In this document: one piece after another, positions 18,413 through 27,181 of the stretch
Layout: each line of letters opens with the position of its first letter
How positions within the stretch are numbered: the stretch's first letter is position 1
DNA from: a virus
Taxonomy: Duplodnaviria; Caudoviricetes
DNA: 30,510 bases
Reading direction: 5' to 3' (one strand)
Virus record (IMG/VR): IMGVR_UViG_3300033067_000709
Location: 1-30,510 of that record
Notes under the pieces: generated by a model
The model's database searches: none
The model's input: the letters and a program-made list of their open reading frames with translations, nothing else
Told to the model about the DNA's origin: nothing
Program-made: the position numbers and the translations under genes

Positions 18413-20020
18413 ATGGGAATTTTCGATCGCTTCCGCCGCGCGCCTAAGGTCGACGCAGCGCCCACCACGCTAGTCCATGTGACGCATATGGACGCATTCG
18501 AGAATTCCTACATGGGTCTAGGTACCACTAGGGATAAGACTACCTATGGCACGTATGTTCGTGACGACATTATTACGGACGAAAGCCTATCCAGCATCTA
18601 TTACGGCAACGATCTTGCCGCTACGGTGGTAGACGCGATCGTAGATGAGGCCTTTCGAAAGGGTTTCTGTGTAGAGGCCGAAGAAGACAAGGAAACTGGA
18701 GAAGAGCTTTTCAAGTGGGCTAACGAAAACTTGAAGCTACATACAGAGCTAGTACAAGCGATCAAATTTGGTAGGCTTTTCGGCGGAGCTCTTCTCATCC
18801 TAGGACTAGAGGACGGTCAAGATCTAGACCAACCTCTAAACGAGGATCGGATCAAGGACTGCAAGTGGACCCTGCTAGTGGATCGGCGGTTCGCTACTCC
18901 GGCATCGTGGTACACGAAGCTAGGGCCGAAGCTAGGTAAGCCCGAAACGTATCGGATCTCCATGTCCGGAACGTTCTCCGGCGGAGCAATGACGAAGCCT
19001 AACGGAGAACCAATCCCTACGTCGATCGTGCATGAGACGCGCTGCATTCGCTTTGAGGGTCAAGCGGTGGACCGCAAGAAAGCTATGGAGCTTTACAGCG
19101 GCTGGACTCTTAGCGTGCTGCAACGGCCATACCCTATCTTGCGCGGATTTGAGCAAGCAATGTCCGGCGTAGACAACATGCTAGCAGACGCAAGTCAAGG
19201 CGTGTTCAAGCTAAAGAATCTAATTCAAATGCTTGCGTCCAAGAATCGCGACGCCATTCACCAAAGGCTAACGATGCTGGACATGGGCCGGTCAACCGCC
19301 CGTGCCATGGTGCTGGACGAAACGGAGTCTTTCGAGAAAATCGCTACCAACTTCTCAGGAGTGGCGGACATCATTGATCGCAAGATCTCTCGCCTAAGCG
19401 CATGCGTAAAGATTCCGATCGCGATCCTCATGGGTCAATCCGCGGCCGGTATGAATGCCACTGGAGAGCTAGACCGGGGTTCGTGGTACGATCAAGTTGC
19501 GCAATACCAGAACACGCTAACAGAGAATCTCGAGAGGCTATATCGGTTGCTCTCCAAGTGCTCGTCAGCTCCTACTAGCGGTAAGGAACTGGAGATCTGT
19601 ATCGAGTGGCAACCCTTGAAGGAACTAACAGAGAAGGATCGCGCCGAGCTACGCAAGCTTACAGCGGAAGCAGACCAACTGGAGATCAATAGCCAAGTTG
19701 CGGACCCTGCCCAAATCGCTATCGCGAGATACGGTAAGGGGCATTACGATTTTGATGCGGCGATCGAAGTGGATGTGAGTGCCTTGGAAGCGGAGCTAGA
19801 ACAGCGCGCCACGTTTGAACCTCCTACCCCTCCCCCCGGCGCACCCCCCATTTTGCCGGATCCTAACGCTCCCCCCGGACAATCCCCCGCCGTGACATCA
19901 GGAACGCCCGATCCGGCGGACGGCACGGATGGCCAACACCCTCCCGAAAACGCGCCGGAGGGGCAGGGAGAGGGCGAGGATCCGGAAGATAAGAAAGCTT
20001 CCGAAGAGGGAAAGGTCTAA
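18413..20020 (+). CDS. Portal protein (DUF1073/HI1409-like)
   Basis: GLGT.RDK, RLFGGA, VHETRCIRF.G and IPIAILMGQSAAGMNATGE motifs; Pro/acidic C-terminal tail. Confidence 0.88.
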   Translation: MGIFDRFRRAPKVDAAPTTLVHVTHMDAFENSYMGLGTTRDKTTYGTYVRDDIITDESLSSIYYGNDLAATVVDAIVDEAFRKGFCVEAEEDKETGEELFKWANENLKLHTELVQAIKFGRLFGGALLILGLEDGQDLDQPLNEDRIKDCKWTLLVDRRFATPASWYTKLGPKLGKPETYRISMSGTFSGGAMTKPNGEPIPTSIVHETRCIRFEGQAVDRKKAMELYSGWTLSVLQRPYPILRGFEQAMSGVDNMLADASQGVFKLKNLIQMLASKNRDAIHQRLTMLDMGRSTARAMVLDETESFEKIATNFSGVADIIDRKISRLSACVKIPIAILMGQSAAGMNATGELDRGSWYDQVAQYQNTLTENLERLYRLLSKCSSAPTSGKELEICIEWQPLKELTEKDRAELRKLTAEADQLEINSQVADPAQIAIARYGKGHYDFDAAIEVDVSALEAELEQRATFEPPTPPPGAPPILPDPNAPPGQSPAVTSGTPDPADGTDGQHPPENAPEGQGEGEDPEDKKASEEGKV

Positions 20021-20025
20021 CAGCC

Positions 20026-20739
20026 ATGGGAAGCGCGGATAAGGAAACATCCCTACTACGTGGCCCGATGGGTCCTAGGGGCGAACGGGGTCCGGCCGGT
20101 ATCGATGGTGCGGCTGGAGCGGCTGGAGCTAACGGGGCCGATGGTGCGCCTGCCGTCGCTATCAGCGTACCTTCTTCGGGTTGGAGTTGGGTCAACCAAG
20201 GGAGCGCTACCATTAGCACGAACGCCTCTAAAGACGTTGGTAGTGTGTACCTAAAGGCTGCCATTACCGGAGGTGACAGTTTCCGTTTGCGAGTTAGGTC
20301 TTTGCCCGCCGGAAAGCAAGTCATTGCTGCTATTAGACCTTTCGTGCAACCGGGAGCCGCAATAGCAGAGCCGCAAGCGGGCATCCTATGGAGAGAGTCT
20401 AGTTCAGGCAAATTCGCCGCTGTCTCTTTCTTGCGTAACTACAATCTGCCTTCGGACGTTGGCATTTGGCTACCTAAATACAACAATGAGACTACATACT
20501 CCGGAGGTAGGTACACTAGGCCGGACTATGAGAAGCCTATGCCTATGGGTGTCTATTGGCTCAAGTTGAAAGACGACGGAGCTAACCGCATTTTCTCTAT
20601 GAGTGTGGACGGAGAAAACTGGCATACACATCACAGCATTGGTCGAACAGACTTCCTAACGGCGGACCAATTCGGTTTCTTCGTCAATAGCGCCGGCATG
20701 GAAGCGGGTATACAGATCCTTCGTTGGGAAGAATCCTAA
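20026..20739 (+). CDS. Collagen-like repeat protein with a C-terminal beta-sandwich (lectin-like) domain
   Basis: About 10 G-X-Y triplets (GPMGPRGERGPAGIDGAAGAAGANGADGAP), then a WLKL....FSMSVDGENW domain. Confidence 0.7.
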   Translation: MGSADKETSLLRGPMGPRGERGPAGIDGAAGAAGANGADGAPAVAISVPSSGWSWVNQGSATISTNASKDVGSVYLKAAITGGDSFRLRVRSLPAGKQVIAAIRPFVQPGAAIAEPQAGILWRESSSGKFAAVSFLRNYNLPSDVGIWLPKYNNETTYSGGRYTRPDYEKPMPMGVYWLKLKDDGANRIFSMSVDGENWHTHHSIGRTDFLTADQFGFFVNSAGMEAGIQILRWEES

Positions 20740-21521
20740 TGCCCTCCATCGCAGACCGGCGAGCTGCTAAGGTTGCGTCCGCTCGTATGTTGATCGGTAC
20801 GCGCACTATTGAGCGACGATTCACGCGCGAGCTTGCCGGCATCATGGCCGGAGTCCATGAGACGGTGCTGGACTATCTCGGGCCGTCGCTACGTGGCATG
20901 ACAACCGACGCAAGACATAAGCCAATCAACCCGCCTAGTGGAGTTGCTGGTAAGGATCTAGATGCAGTAATGCGCGCCATCCTACCGCAAATCCCACCTA
21001 AGGTTTCGGCGGCACACTCCAAGATGAGCAAGTCTTTGGAGAAGAATTACGCCGCCACCATGAGCAAGATCGTTCCCGTCAAGCTGCAAGCATTGGGCAG
21101 TAACGTGGCTATGGAAGCGGCGCAAGCAAGGAATGAGTCCATTCAGCTAGTAGAGAATGCCGCGCGTGTGTACGCGGATCAAGTCCGCGAAGTGTTCGGC
21201 GATCCTGAGGTAACGCTAGGTGTCCGCTGGGAAGTGCTACGGGATCGCTTGCTCGAGAGGGGGGACGTATCCAAGGCTAGGGCGGAGCTAATAGCTAGGG
21301 ACCAAACCCTAAAACTGAACGGTGCGATCAATAGAGCGCAGCAAACGGGCGTAGGCATTCAGTCCTACACGTGGAGCACTTCGGGTGACGAACGGGTTAG
21401 GGAAACACACGCCGCGCTGAACGGACAGCAATTCATGTGGGCCGCCCCTCCCCCTCCCGGGCATCCGGGGGAGGACTTCCAATGCAGGTGCGTGGCGGTC
21501 CCTGTCATTGATCTAGAGTAG
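20739..21521 (+). CDS. Minor head morphogenesis protein (MuF/SPP1 gp7 family)
   Basis: RAELIARDQT.KLN, YTWSTSGDERVR..H and HPGEDFQCRC motifs; TAATG overlap sets the start at 20739. Confidence 0.9.
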   Translation: MPSIADRRAAKVASARMLIGTRTIERRFTRELAGIMAGVHETVLDYLGPSLRGMTTDARHKPINPPSGVAGKDLDAVMRAILPQIPPKVSAAHSKMSKSLEKNYAATMSKIVPVKLQALGSNVAMEAAQARNESIQLVENAARVYADQVREVFGDPEVTLGVRWEVLRDRLLERGDVSKARAELIARDQTLKLNGAINRAQQTGVGIQSYTWSTSGDERVRETHAALNGQQFMWAAPPPPGHPGEDFQCRCVAVPVIDLE

Positions 21522-22994
21522 TCCCATACTCTTGGCGTTAGCCATAGCAGCGGTGTAATCCAGCGCTCCCATGCCAGCCATGTAAGCTAGATATTGGCTT
21601 GTCATGTCCACCAAATCATCGTTGGTACCGCGCGGAAACTTCACCATTTGATTTATGTATTCCGCAACCCATGGTGCGTTTTCCGGTAGCCAAATGTTGG
21701 CGGAGTGGAAGAAGGGAACTACCGCCTTTGCTCGAGAAAGCTTGCTATCGTTACCAGGGTTGTAAGGTATGATTCCCTGCATACGATCTTGCTTGGTAAG
21801 GTAATTCATAACGGCAGTCCCGTTAGCCTTATCCTCTATTAGCTTTCCGTACGCTTGCGGGTATTGAGCCGTCGTGTCTTTGATCGCTTGGATGGTTTGC
21901 ACGAAATCCATCTTAGCGTTACCGATGTCCACTAGGTAGTGATTCGGATGGTCGTATAGCCATACTCCGGAGGCGACGAAATCGGATGTGCTCTCACCCT
22001 TGAAGGTGCAATCCCATGATTGAGTCCACACACCTGTTTCGGGTAGCTTGCTATAGCGGTTGTCAAAGTGTGTGCGGACGAAAACGATACCACTCTCAGG
22101 GGTTGGATCCTGCTGATACTGGGCGGACCATGTTTCATGATCCTTCTTCTTTAGCGCTAGGACTTCATACGTAAAGCGAGCAATCCAGAAAGAGATCCCT
22201 TTGACCTCTCCACGTGGATCTGTATTGACGCACGTACGGTAGGGCCTGCCGTCGCTTTCGGCAGGGATGCGCAAGTGCTCGAAAGACATACCTCCGGCCT
22301 TAGCGTCGTCTAGCAAGCGGCCAGCTAGATCATTCTCCGCTAGCCGTTGCATGATAAGCACAGTGGAAACAGTGGCCGGGTCTCGAGCACGGCTAGCCAT
22401 GGTGCCTGTCCACCACTTCCAGGCTTTCTCTAGATTCTCTTCTGTCGCTTCTAGTGGCTTCGTGGGATCGTCAATGACCTTCTTACCAGGGTGACGGCCC
22501 GTTGTCTTACCCGCAACGGAGGTGGAAAAACGCCAACCGCCGGCCGGAGCTCCGGTCCCTAGATAGGTGTCTATCTCACCTTGCGCGCTATTCGGATCTA
22601 GCTTTACGTGCCTCCCCCAACGGTCCATGAACCATTTAGAGCACATAAGCATTTGTAGTTTACCCGCGTCACGCAACGTTAGCCCAGCATCAAAGGATGC
22701 ATATAGGAAGGCTTCGGAAGGGTTGCGAATCCACTCCCATGCATTCCAGAACACGCTAACGATTGTGCTCTTGCCGGAGCCCGGCGGCACGTTGATTACT
22801 AGGTTGCGGATCTGGCCGGAGCTAACCGCTTCCAAGTGCTGACAGATATGGTCAATGTGCCAGTTTCCTTGAAAGGTGGTAGCCGGCTCTACTATGTGCC
22901 AACCGTGCTCCACTAGCCAAGCCAGGGACCTCCGACCTTTCTCCCTGTCGTGGGCGCACTGGAGTTGCTCCCGGGAGTATCTAACCGGACCCAA
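21513..22994 (-). CDS. terL: Terminase large subunit
   Basis: Walker A INVPPGSGKS, Walker B VIDDP, IMQRL, YQQ.P, and nuclease SWD, IEDKANG, FP....DDLVD motifs. Confidence 0.93.
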   Translation of the reverse strand: MGPVRYSREQLQCAHDREKGRRSLAWLVEHGWHIVEPATTFQGNWHIDHICQHLEAVSSGQIRNLVINVPPGSGKSTIVSVFWNAWEWIRNPSEAFLYASFDAGLTLRDAGKLQMLMCSKWFMDRWGRHVKLDPNSAQGEIDTYLGTGAPAGGWRFSTSVAGKTTGRHPGKKVIDDPTKPLEATEENLEKAWKWWTGTMASRARDPATVSTVLIMQRLAENDLAGRLLDDAKAGGMSFEHLRIPAESDGRPYRTCVNTDPRGEVKGISFWIARFTYEVLALKKKDHETWSAQYQQDPTPESGIVFVRTHFDNRYSKLPETGVWTQSWDCTFKGESTSDFVASGVWLYDHPNHYLVDIGNAKMDFVQTIQAIKDTTAQYPQAYGKLIEDKANGTAVMNYLTKQDRMQGIIPYNPGNDSKLSRAKAVVPFFHSANIWLPENAPWVAEYINQMVKFPRGTNDDLVDMTSQYLAYMAGMGALDYTAAMANAKSMGLL

Positions 22995-23589
22995 TTGCGG
23001 CCTCCCGGGCGCGGTCTAGAGCGCTTGCTAGTAGTGCTTCGGCCGCTCGCCTTGCCGCCGGCTCGACGCCCCATCCTAGGGCATCAGAGAGGGTGGAGCC
23101 GTTCGCACCCTCGGCGCTCGCCCATAGTAGCTCTAGATCTTGTGGGTCCATGTTCGCGAGGTGGACGCCTAGATCGAGCCTACTAGACACACGCGCTTCC
23201 GGGGATTCCGCTCTAGCGTTGTGGGGGCTTTGCCCTGTCAAGATTTCGTATGCGTCGGACATGGTTACGCCGTCCAGGAACATACGTTTAGAGAGTCCTC
23301 TTTCATCGGCCGCGTTACACTGTAGCTCGTGCAAGATGCGCCAGCGTGCGAACACGTAGAAGAGTCCGCTACGATCGTCCAGTTGCTTCGTGATATCAAA
23401 CTTCTCTATGGCTACGATCAAACCAATAACGCCGGCGTTCACTAGGTCGGGGCTTAGCTCCCTTGATCTGCCCCTACCTTGAAACTTCCAAGCAACATCG
23501 TAAACCAGCGGCATATTCTGGCTTACTAGTTCATTGCGCAATTGCAAATCACCATTTTGCTTGTAAAGACGGAGGGCCGCGATATCCAC
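22981..23589 (-). CDS. Sigma-70-family RNA polymerase sigma factor-like protein
   Basis: Region 2: RNELVSQNMPLV...DLVNAGVIGLIVAIEKFD...F..FA.WRI; degenerate region-4-like C-terminus. Confidence 0.8.
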   Translation of the reverse strand: MDIAALRLYKQNGDLQLRNELVSQNMPLVYDVAWKFQGRGRSRELSPDLVNAGVIGLIVAIEKFDITKQLDDRSGLFYVFARWRILHELQCNAADERGLSKRMFLDGVTMSDAYEILTGQSPHNARAESPEARVSSRLDLGVHLANMDPQDLELLWASAEGANGSTLSDALGWGVEPAARRAAEALLASALDRAREAAIGSG

Positions 23590-23595
23590 ACTAGG

Positions 23596-23604
23596 GGGAT
23601 AGCA
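23596..23604 (-). promoter_or_regulatory. Putative extended -10 (TG-n-TATCCC), leaderless
   Basis: - strand TGcTATCCC-cctagt-GTG(23589); the last base deviates from TAnnnT. Confidence 0.4.
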
Positions 23605-23632
23605 CGGCCCTTGGGTTGTCGGCTAGATCGTT

Positions 23633-24070
23633 CTATGTGCCTTGCAGCCGGCGGATCTCATCTTGGAGGTAGAACACCGCTTTCTCTAGATCTTGCACGG
23701 GATCCTTGGACTTGAGCCCGGCGCGCCAAATGTATTTGACAGCGTTACCGAGGCTGAAATTCATGTGCCTAGTAATCGTGAGACACTCTACGCCGCTCGG
23801 ATGGCTCGTGTAGTGGCTTGGATGCTTGACAGGATCTCCCCCCTTAGCGGCGGCGAGATCCTGTACCGCCTTATCGGCCGCTTGCAGTAGCTCGCTACGG
23901 TAAAGAGGATCCTTGACACCTCTTCGATCGCCGGGCTTTGGCTTATGTATCCAAAGCAATCGACGCCGCTTGTATGCGCATTCGTGACTGCCTGTATGTC
24001 CGTCCTCTAGTTCGCAGACGCCCAAACCTTCCGGATGTTTGACATTGCAGTCAACTCTTGCCAAAGCCAT
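23633..24070 (-). CDS. DUF3310 protein (T7 gp1.7-like nucleotide kinase family) with an N-terminal Cys/His finger
   Basis: DPVKHPSHYT, ECL, F.LGNAVKYIWRAG.K and DLEKAVFYL motifs; start set at ATG 24070. Confidence 0.85.
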   Translation of the reverse strand: MALARVDCNVKHPEGLGVCELEDGHTGSHECAYKRRRLLWIHKPKPGDRRGVKDPLYRSELLQAADKAVQDLAAAKGGDPVKHPSHYTSHPSGVECLTITRHMNFSLGNAVKYIWRAGLKSKDPVQDLEKAVFYLQDEIRRLQGT

Positions 24071-24072
24071 TG

Positions 24073-24423
24073 CTAACCCTTCCTCGGTTGTAGCTCTAGT
24101 TCCGTGGCGCAGGATTCCGCTAGGTCTAGTGCTGCTTTCTGCCATTCCCTCACTGCGTCCAGGGTATGGAACGGCGTATGGTGTCCGGTTCCGGACGTAC
24201 CGGATCCACTCTTGGAGGCGCGATCGTTTTCCTTGACTTGCTTACGTGCCTCGTCTCGAGCAACCAAGTAGGCCACTGCAAGAGGACGAAGCGCCGTCAA
24301 GCCCTTAGTACTCTTGACGGCAATGTCACGATAGCGGTTGCACTCACGCAATAGGTTTGCGTTGTGTGACTCCAAGCGGGCAATCTTCTCCGCGGCTTCG
24401 TTCAGATCTCGCGTTACGCTCAT
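24073..24423 (-). CDS. Hypothetical coiled-coil protein
   Basis: ATGA overlap at 24423 (MSVTRDL...). Confidence 0.6.
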   Translation of the reverse strand: MSVTRDLNEAAEKIARLESHNANLLRECNRYRDIAVKSTKGLTALRPLAVAYLVARDEARKQVKENDRASKSGSGTSGTGHHTPFHTLDAVREWQKAALDLAESCATELELQPRKG

Positions 24424-24692
24424 TCTCCGACCCCCCTGCGCTTGATTCCCCCCGCTGGCTTCGGACACTTCGCAAGCCCGTTTCTCTCCCGGTACTCCTG
24501 CATTGCATCGGCCGCTTGGAGGACATCGTAACAGACAGGATCCATGCCCTTGTCCATGGACCGAAGCCGTACGTACTCCCGCATCACTTGCACCGAATAG
24601 GCATCCGAACCCAAGATCAATGCGCTAGGCATTTCCTTATCTAGTGAGCGGACCATTTCGGATGCGTCAAGTAGATTGCTAAACGTTTTCAT
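24420..24692 (-). CDS. Hypothetical protein
   Basis: ATGA overlap with the polymerase stop (MKTFSNLL...). Confidence 0.6.
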   Translation of the reverse strand: MKTFSNLLDASEMVRSLDKEMPSALILGSDAYSVQVMREYVRLRSMDKGMDPVCYDVLQAADAMQEYRERNGLAKCPKPAGGIKRRGVGE

Positions 24693-26659
24693 GCAGTACC
24701 TTCCCACACTTGAATATTGCCGTTTGCGTCGACCAGACTCTTTGCGTCCTTAGACCAATGAGACATAAGCACGGGCTCCCGGAAGGCCTCCATAGCTAGC
24801 GAGAAAGGCACATCCGGTACCCAACGGTTAGCGCCGGCTACCATTAGCTCGCACATTCGGCGCACCTTAGCGGAAGCCTGTTCGTCCCTACGTACCTCGA
24901 TAATGAATTCATCGTGAACGTAATTGACTAGACGCGAGCCGAACAGGATACTCTTTCGGGTTGGATCGTACATTTCACTTGCGATATACCATCCGGCTTC
25001 GCTAGTGGCGTCCGCACCCAACCCTTGAAAGAATGTGTTACAGGCTGCCGTGTAGCGAACGCTTCCACGATAGCGCTTGCAACCGCCTAGTTGCTCTATG
25101 AACCCAAGGCCTCCGTCACCGGAGCACATGGAAGAAACGGCATCGAAGTAGCTCGACATTTCGGGCCACGTGCTAAGCCATTTCTGTTTGAGGTGTCGTG
25201 CTTCGTCTTCTGTGATAATGACGCCATAGGTAGCGCGCGCGAAGTCCACTAGAGCCTTGAAACCGAGGCCTCCCGGGAATCCGAAATTCGCAACCTTAGC
25301 GGCCTGCCGTGCCTGTTTCACTTCCTTGTCTTTGGAATTGGCTTTGGCGTGTTCATACGTGGTATGGAGCAATTGTGCTGCTACCATCATATGAGGATCC
25401 GCGTCCGGATCTGAATTCAGGAACCGAGCTAGCTCGGATTGTCCGACGAGCCAAATGCACGATTGCGCCAGGGTCCTTAGCTCTAGTCCAGGGTAGTCCG
25501 CTTGTCCGTACACGTAGCCTTCACGTGGCACGAAGCACTCACGTATTCCAGGGAGACGCCGCACGTTCTGAACGTTAGGACCGCTAGAAGAGCTCCGGCC
25601 TGTTTCAATGAGTTGAAAGCGGGAATGTATCGGGAGACTGGAGCCCTGTCTAAGCATCTTGAGATCCTTAGACTGAACTGTCATGAGGGTACTAAATTCG
25701 GCGTACAGTTTCAGCGCAGGATCCTCGGTACGCTCGCAACTGTCAGCGTCCAGACATACCCCTTTGAGGGTGGAAAGGTCCCACACTGCGCCGGCCTTAT
25801 TCTTCTTCTCTTGCGTGTCAGTAGCTACGATGCTGATACCGGCCGCTTGACACACCTTCACCATGTGAGCGGCGGCAGCCTTGGTATTGCGGCTGCCGTC
25901 CTTACGAGCGAAGCCGTACGCCTCCAAGGCCGATTGCAGTTCAGCCATACGGGAGTCTACCCCCTTAGCGAACGCTTCCACGCCAATAGGGTTGGTACGC
26001 AATCCCCAATTGGACATGAGACGGAACCAGAAGTCGCGCCTAGCTTGTCGGTATTGATCTTGAAGTAAAGCGGCGTGTTCCTCTTGAGAGAAGTAGATTC
26101 CAAGGGTCGCACGTGCGTCGTGCAACGGATAGATCCTGGCTTCCTCCGGCCATTGCTCTAGAGGGATGCCGCGTAGGCTTCCGTACTTTAGGCGCCAAGT
26201 ATCTTTCTCGAGACGCCAACCCAAGTTGCGCTTGGCTACGGAGTCAAGATCGTAATTGTTTACGACCCAATAAGAGGACCCATCCGAGCGGGTCTTTAGC
26301 TCTTTCCGAAACTTGCCGGCCGCAATGTCCAGTAGCCTTTGACGGATTTCTGTGTCTGTGACTCTGTCTTCGTTATAGGCTCGGAAGACTAGAGGTATCA
26401 GGCTCGGATCGTGCTGACACATGACGGCAAAGTCAAAGCCTACGTTGTGGCCGACAAGTGTAACGCCGTCTCTTGCCAGCAACTTGGCAAGCACTCCGCT
26501 TGCGTCAAACGAATCAAAGAGCAGTGCTGGCCACTCGCTAGGGTGCTTATCAGGCTCTCTCGTGACAGAGGAGCACAGAGATAGGCAAGCTAGCTCCGGA
26601 GCTTGAACACCGGGCCGGATTAGCTCCGTCTCTGTGTCCCACCCTACTACTGTGGTCAC
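24689..26659 (-). CDS. Family A DNA polymerase with a 3'-5' exonuclease domain
   Basis: ExoI WDTET, ExoII GHNVGFD, ExoIII Y..HD; TGRSSS..PNVQN; motif A DYPGLELR; motif B RQAAKVANFG; motif C VHDE. Confidence 0.95.
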   Translation of the reverse strand: MTTVVGWDTETELIRPGVQAPELACLSLCSSVTREPDKHPSEWPALLFDSFDASGVLAKLLARDGVTLVGHNVGFDFAVMCQHDPSLIPLVFRAYNEDRVTDTEIRQRLLDIAAGKFRKELKTRSDGSSYWVVNNYDLDSVAKRNLGWRLEKDTWRLKYGSLRGIPLEQWPEEARIYPLHDARATLGIYFSQEEHAALLQDQYRQARRDFWFRLMSNWGLRTNPIGVEAFAKGVDSRMAELQSALEAYGFARKDGSRNTKAAAAHMVKVCQAAGISIVATDTQEKKNKAGAVWDLSTLKGVCLDADSCERTEDPALKLYAEFSTLMTVQSKDLKMLRQGSSLPIHSRFQLIETGRSSSSGPNVQNVRRLPGIRECFVPREGYVYGQADYPGLELRTLAQSCIWLVGQSELARFLNSDPDADPHMMVAAQLLHTTYEHAKANSKDKEVKQARQAAKVANFGFPGGLGFKALVDFARATYGVIITEDEARHLKQKWLSTWPEMSSYFDAVSSMCSGDGGLGFIEQLGGCKRYRGSVRYTAACNTFFQGLGADATSEAGWYIASEMYDPTRKSILFGSRLVNYVHDEFIIEVRRDEQASAKVRRMCELMVAGANRWVPDVPFSLAMEAFREPVLMSHWSKDAKSLVDANGNIQVWEGTA

Positions 26660-26742
26660 GGTCGCAAGCGTCCGGGCAGATTGTCAGCGGGATAATCCCA
26701 GAAAGACAGCGGAGCCGTAGCAAGGGCAATCCAGGCAATCAT
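26656..26742 (-). CDS. 28-aa peptide translationally coupled to the polymerase
   Basis: ATGA overlap upstream and GTGA overlap with the polymerase start (MIAWIALATAPLSFWDYPADNLPGRLRP). Confidence 0.45.
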   Translation of the reverse strand: MIAWIALATAPLSFWDYPADNLPGRLRP

Positions 26743-26936
26743 TTGCTTACTAGCTCCGATGCGAAGGTTTCGATCTTGGCTCGTGTCTTCCAAGCGTTCG
26801 CCTTGCCACGTTCGTGCTTGACGGTATCCCCCGAAGCGAAGCCCTCTTGACATTCTTCCATTGCCTGTCCTAGCTCGGTAAGTAACTGGAGTGCTTGCGC
26901 GCCTAGCATGTGCTGCTCTGCTACGGTTAGGCTCAT
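26739..26936 (-). CDS. Hypothetical protein (65 aa)
   Basis: ATGA overlaps at both ends. Confidence 0.6.
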   Translation of the reverse strand: MSLTVAEQHMLGAQALQLLTELGQAMEECQEGFASGDTVKHERGKANAWKTRAKIETFASELVSK

Positions 26937-27181
26937 TTGCTAGCCCTGTTACGTGCCATCTTGATACACTCCAAGCAAATGCAGCTTCTTACTAAGGGCT
27001 TTACTCCGTCTGTGCTAGGCAGGTAAATGAAGGCCCACCCATGCTTAGCTAGGAACGCCCCTAAAGTTTCCGCTGGATCCTCGCCCGGAGCTACGATCTT
27101 GCGCAAATCCTCCGCCGAGGATTCTGGTTCGCAGTAGTCACAGATTACTGTGATAGTCCTAAGCGTTTGATCCTTTACCAT
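26933..27181 (-). CDS. Small zinc-finger-like protein
   Basis: ICDYC...GW...CLEC; purine-rich RBS. Confidence 0.6.
   Translation of the reverse strand: MVKDQTLRTITVICDYCEPESSAEDLRKIVAPGEDPAETLGAFLAKHGWAFIYLPSTDGVKPLVRSCICLECIKMARNRASK

Noticed and set aside
18413-20020. Anti-CBASS Acb1 label often attached to DUF1073 proteins
   Set aside because: Size, motifs and proximity to MuF indicate a portal; no HxT/HxS phosphoesterase domain was recognised.
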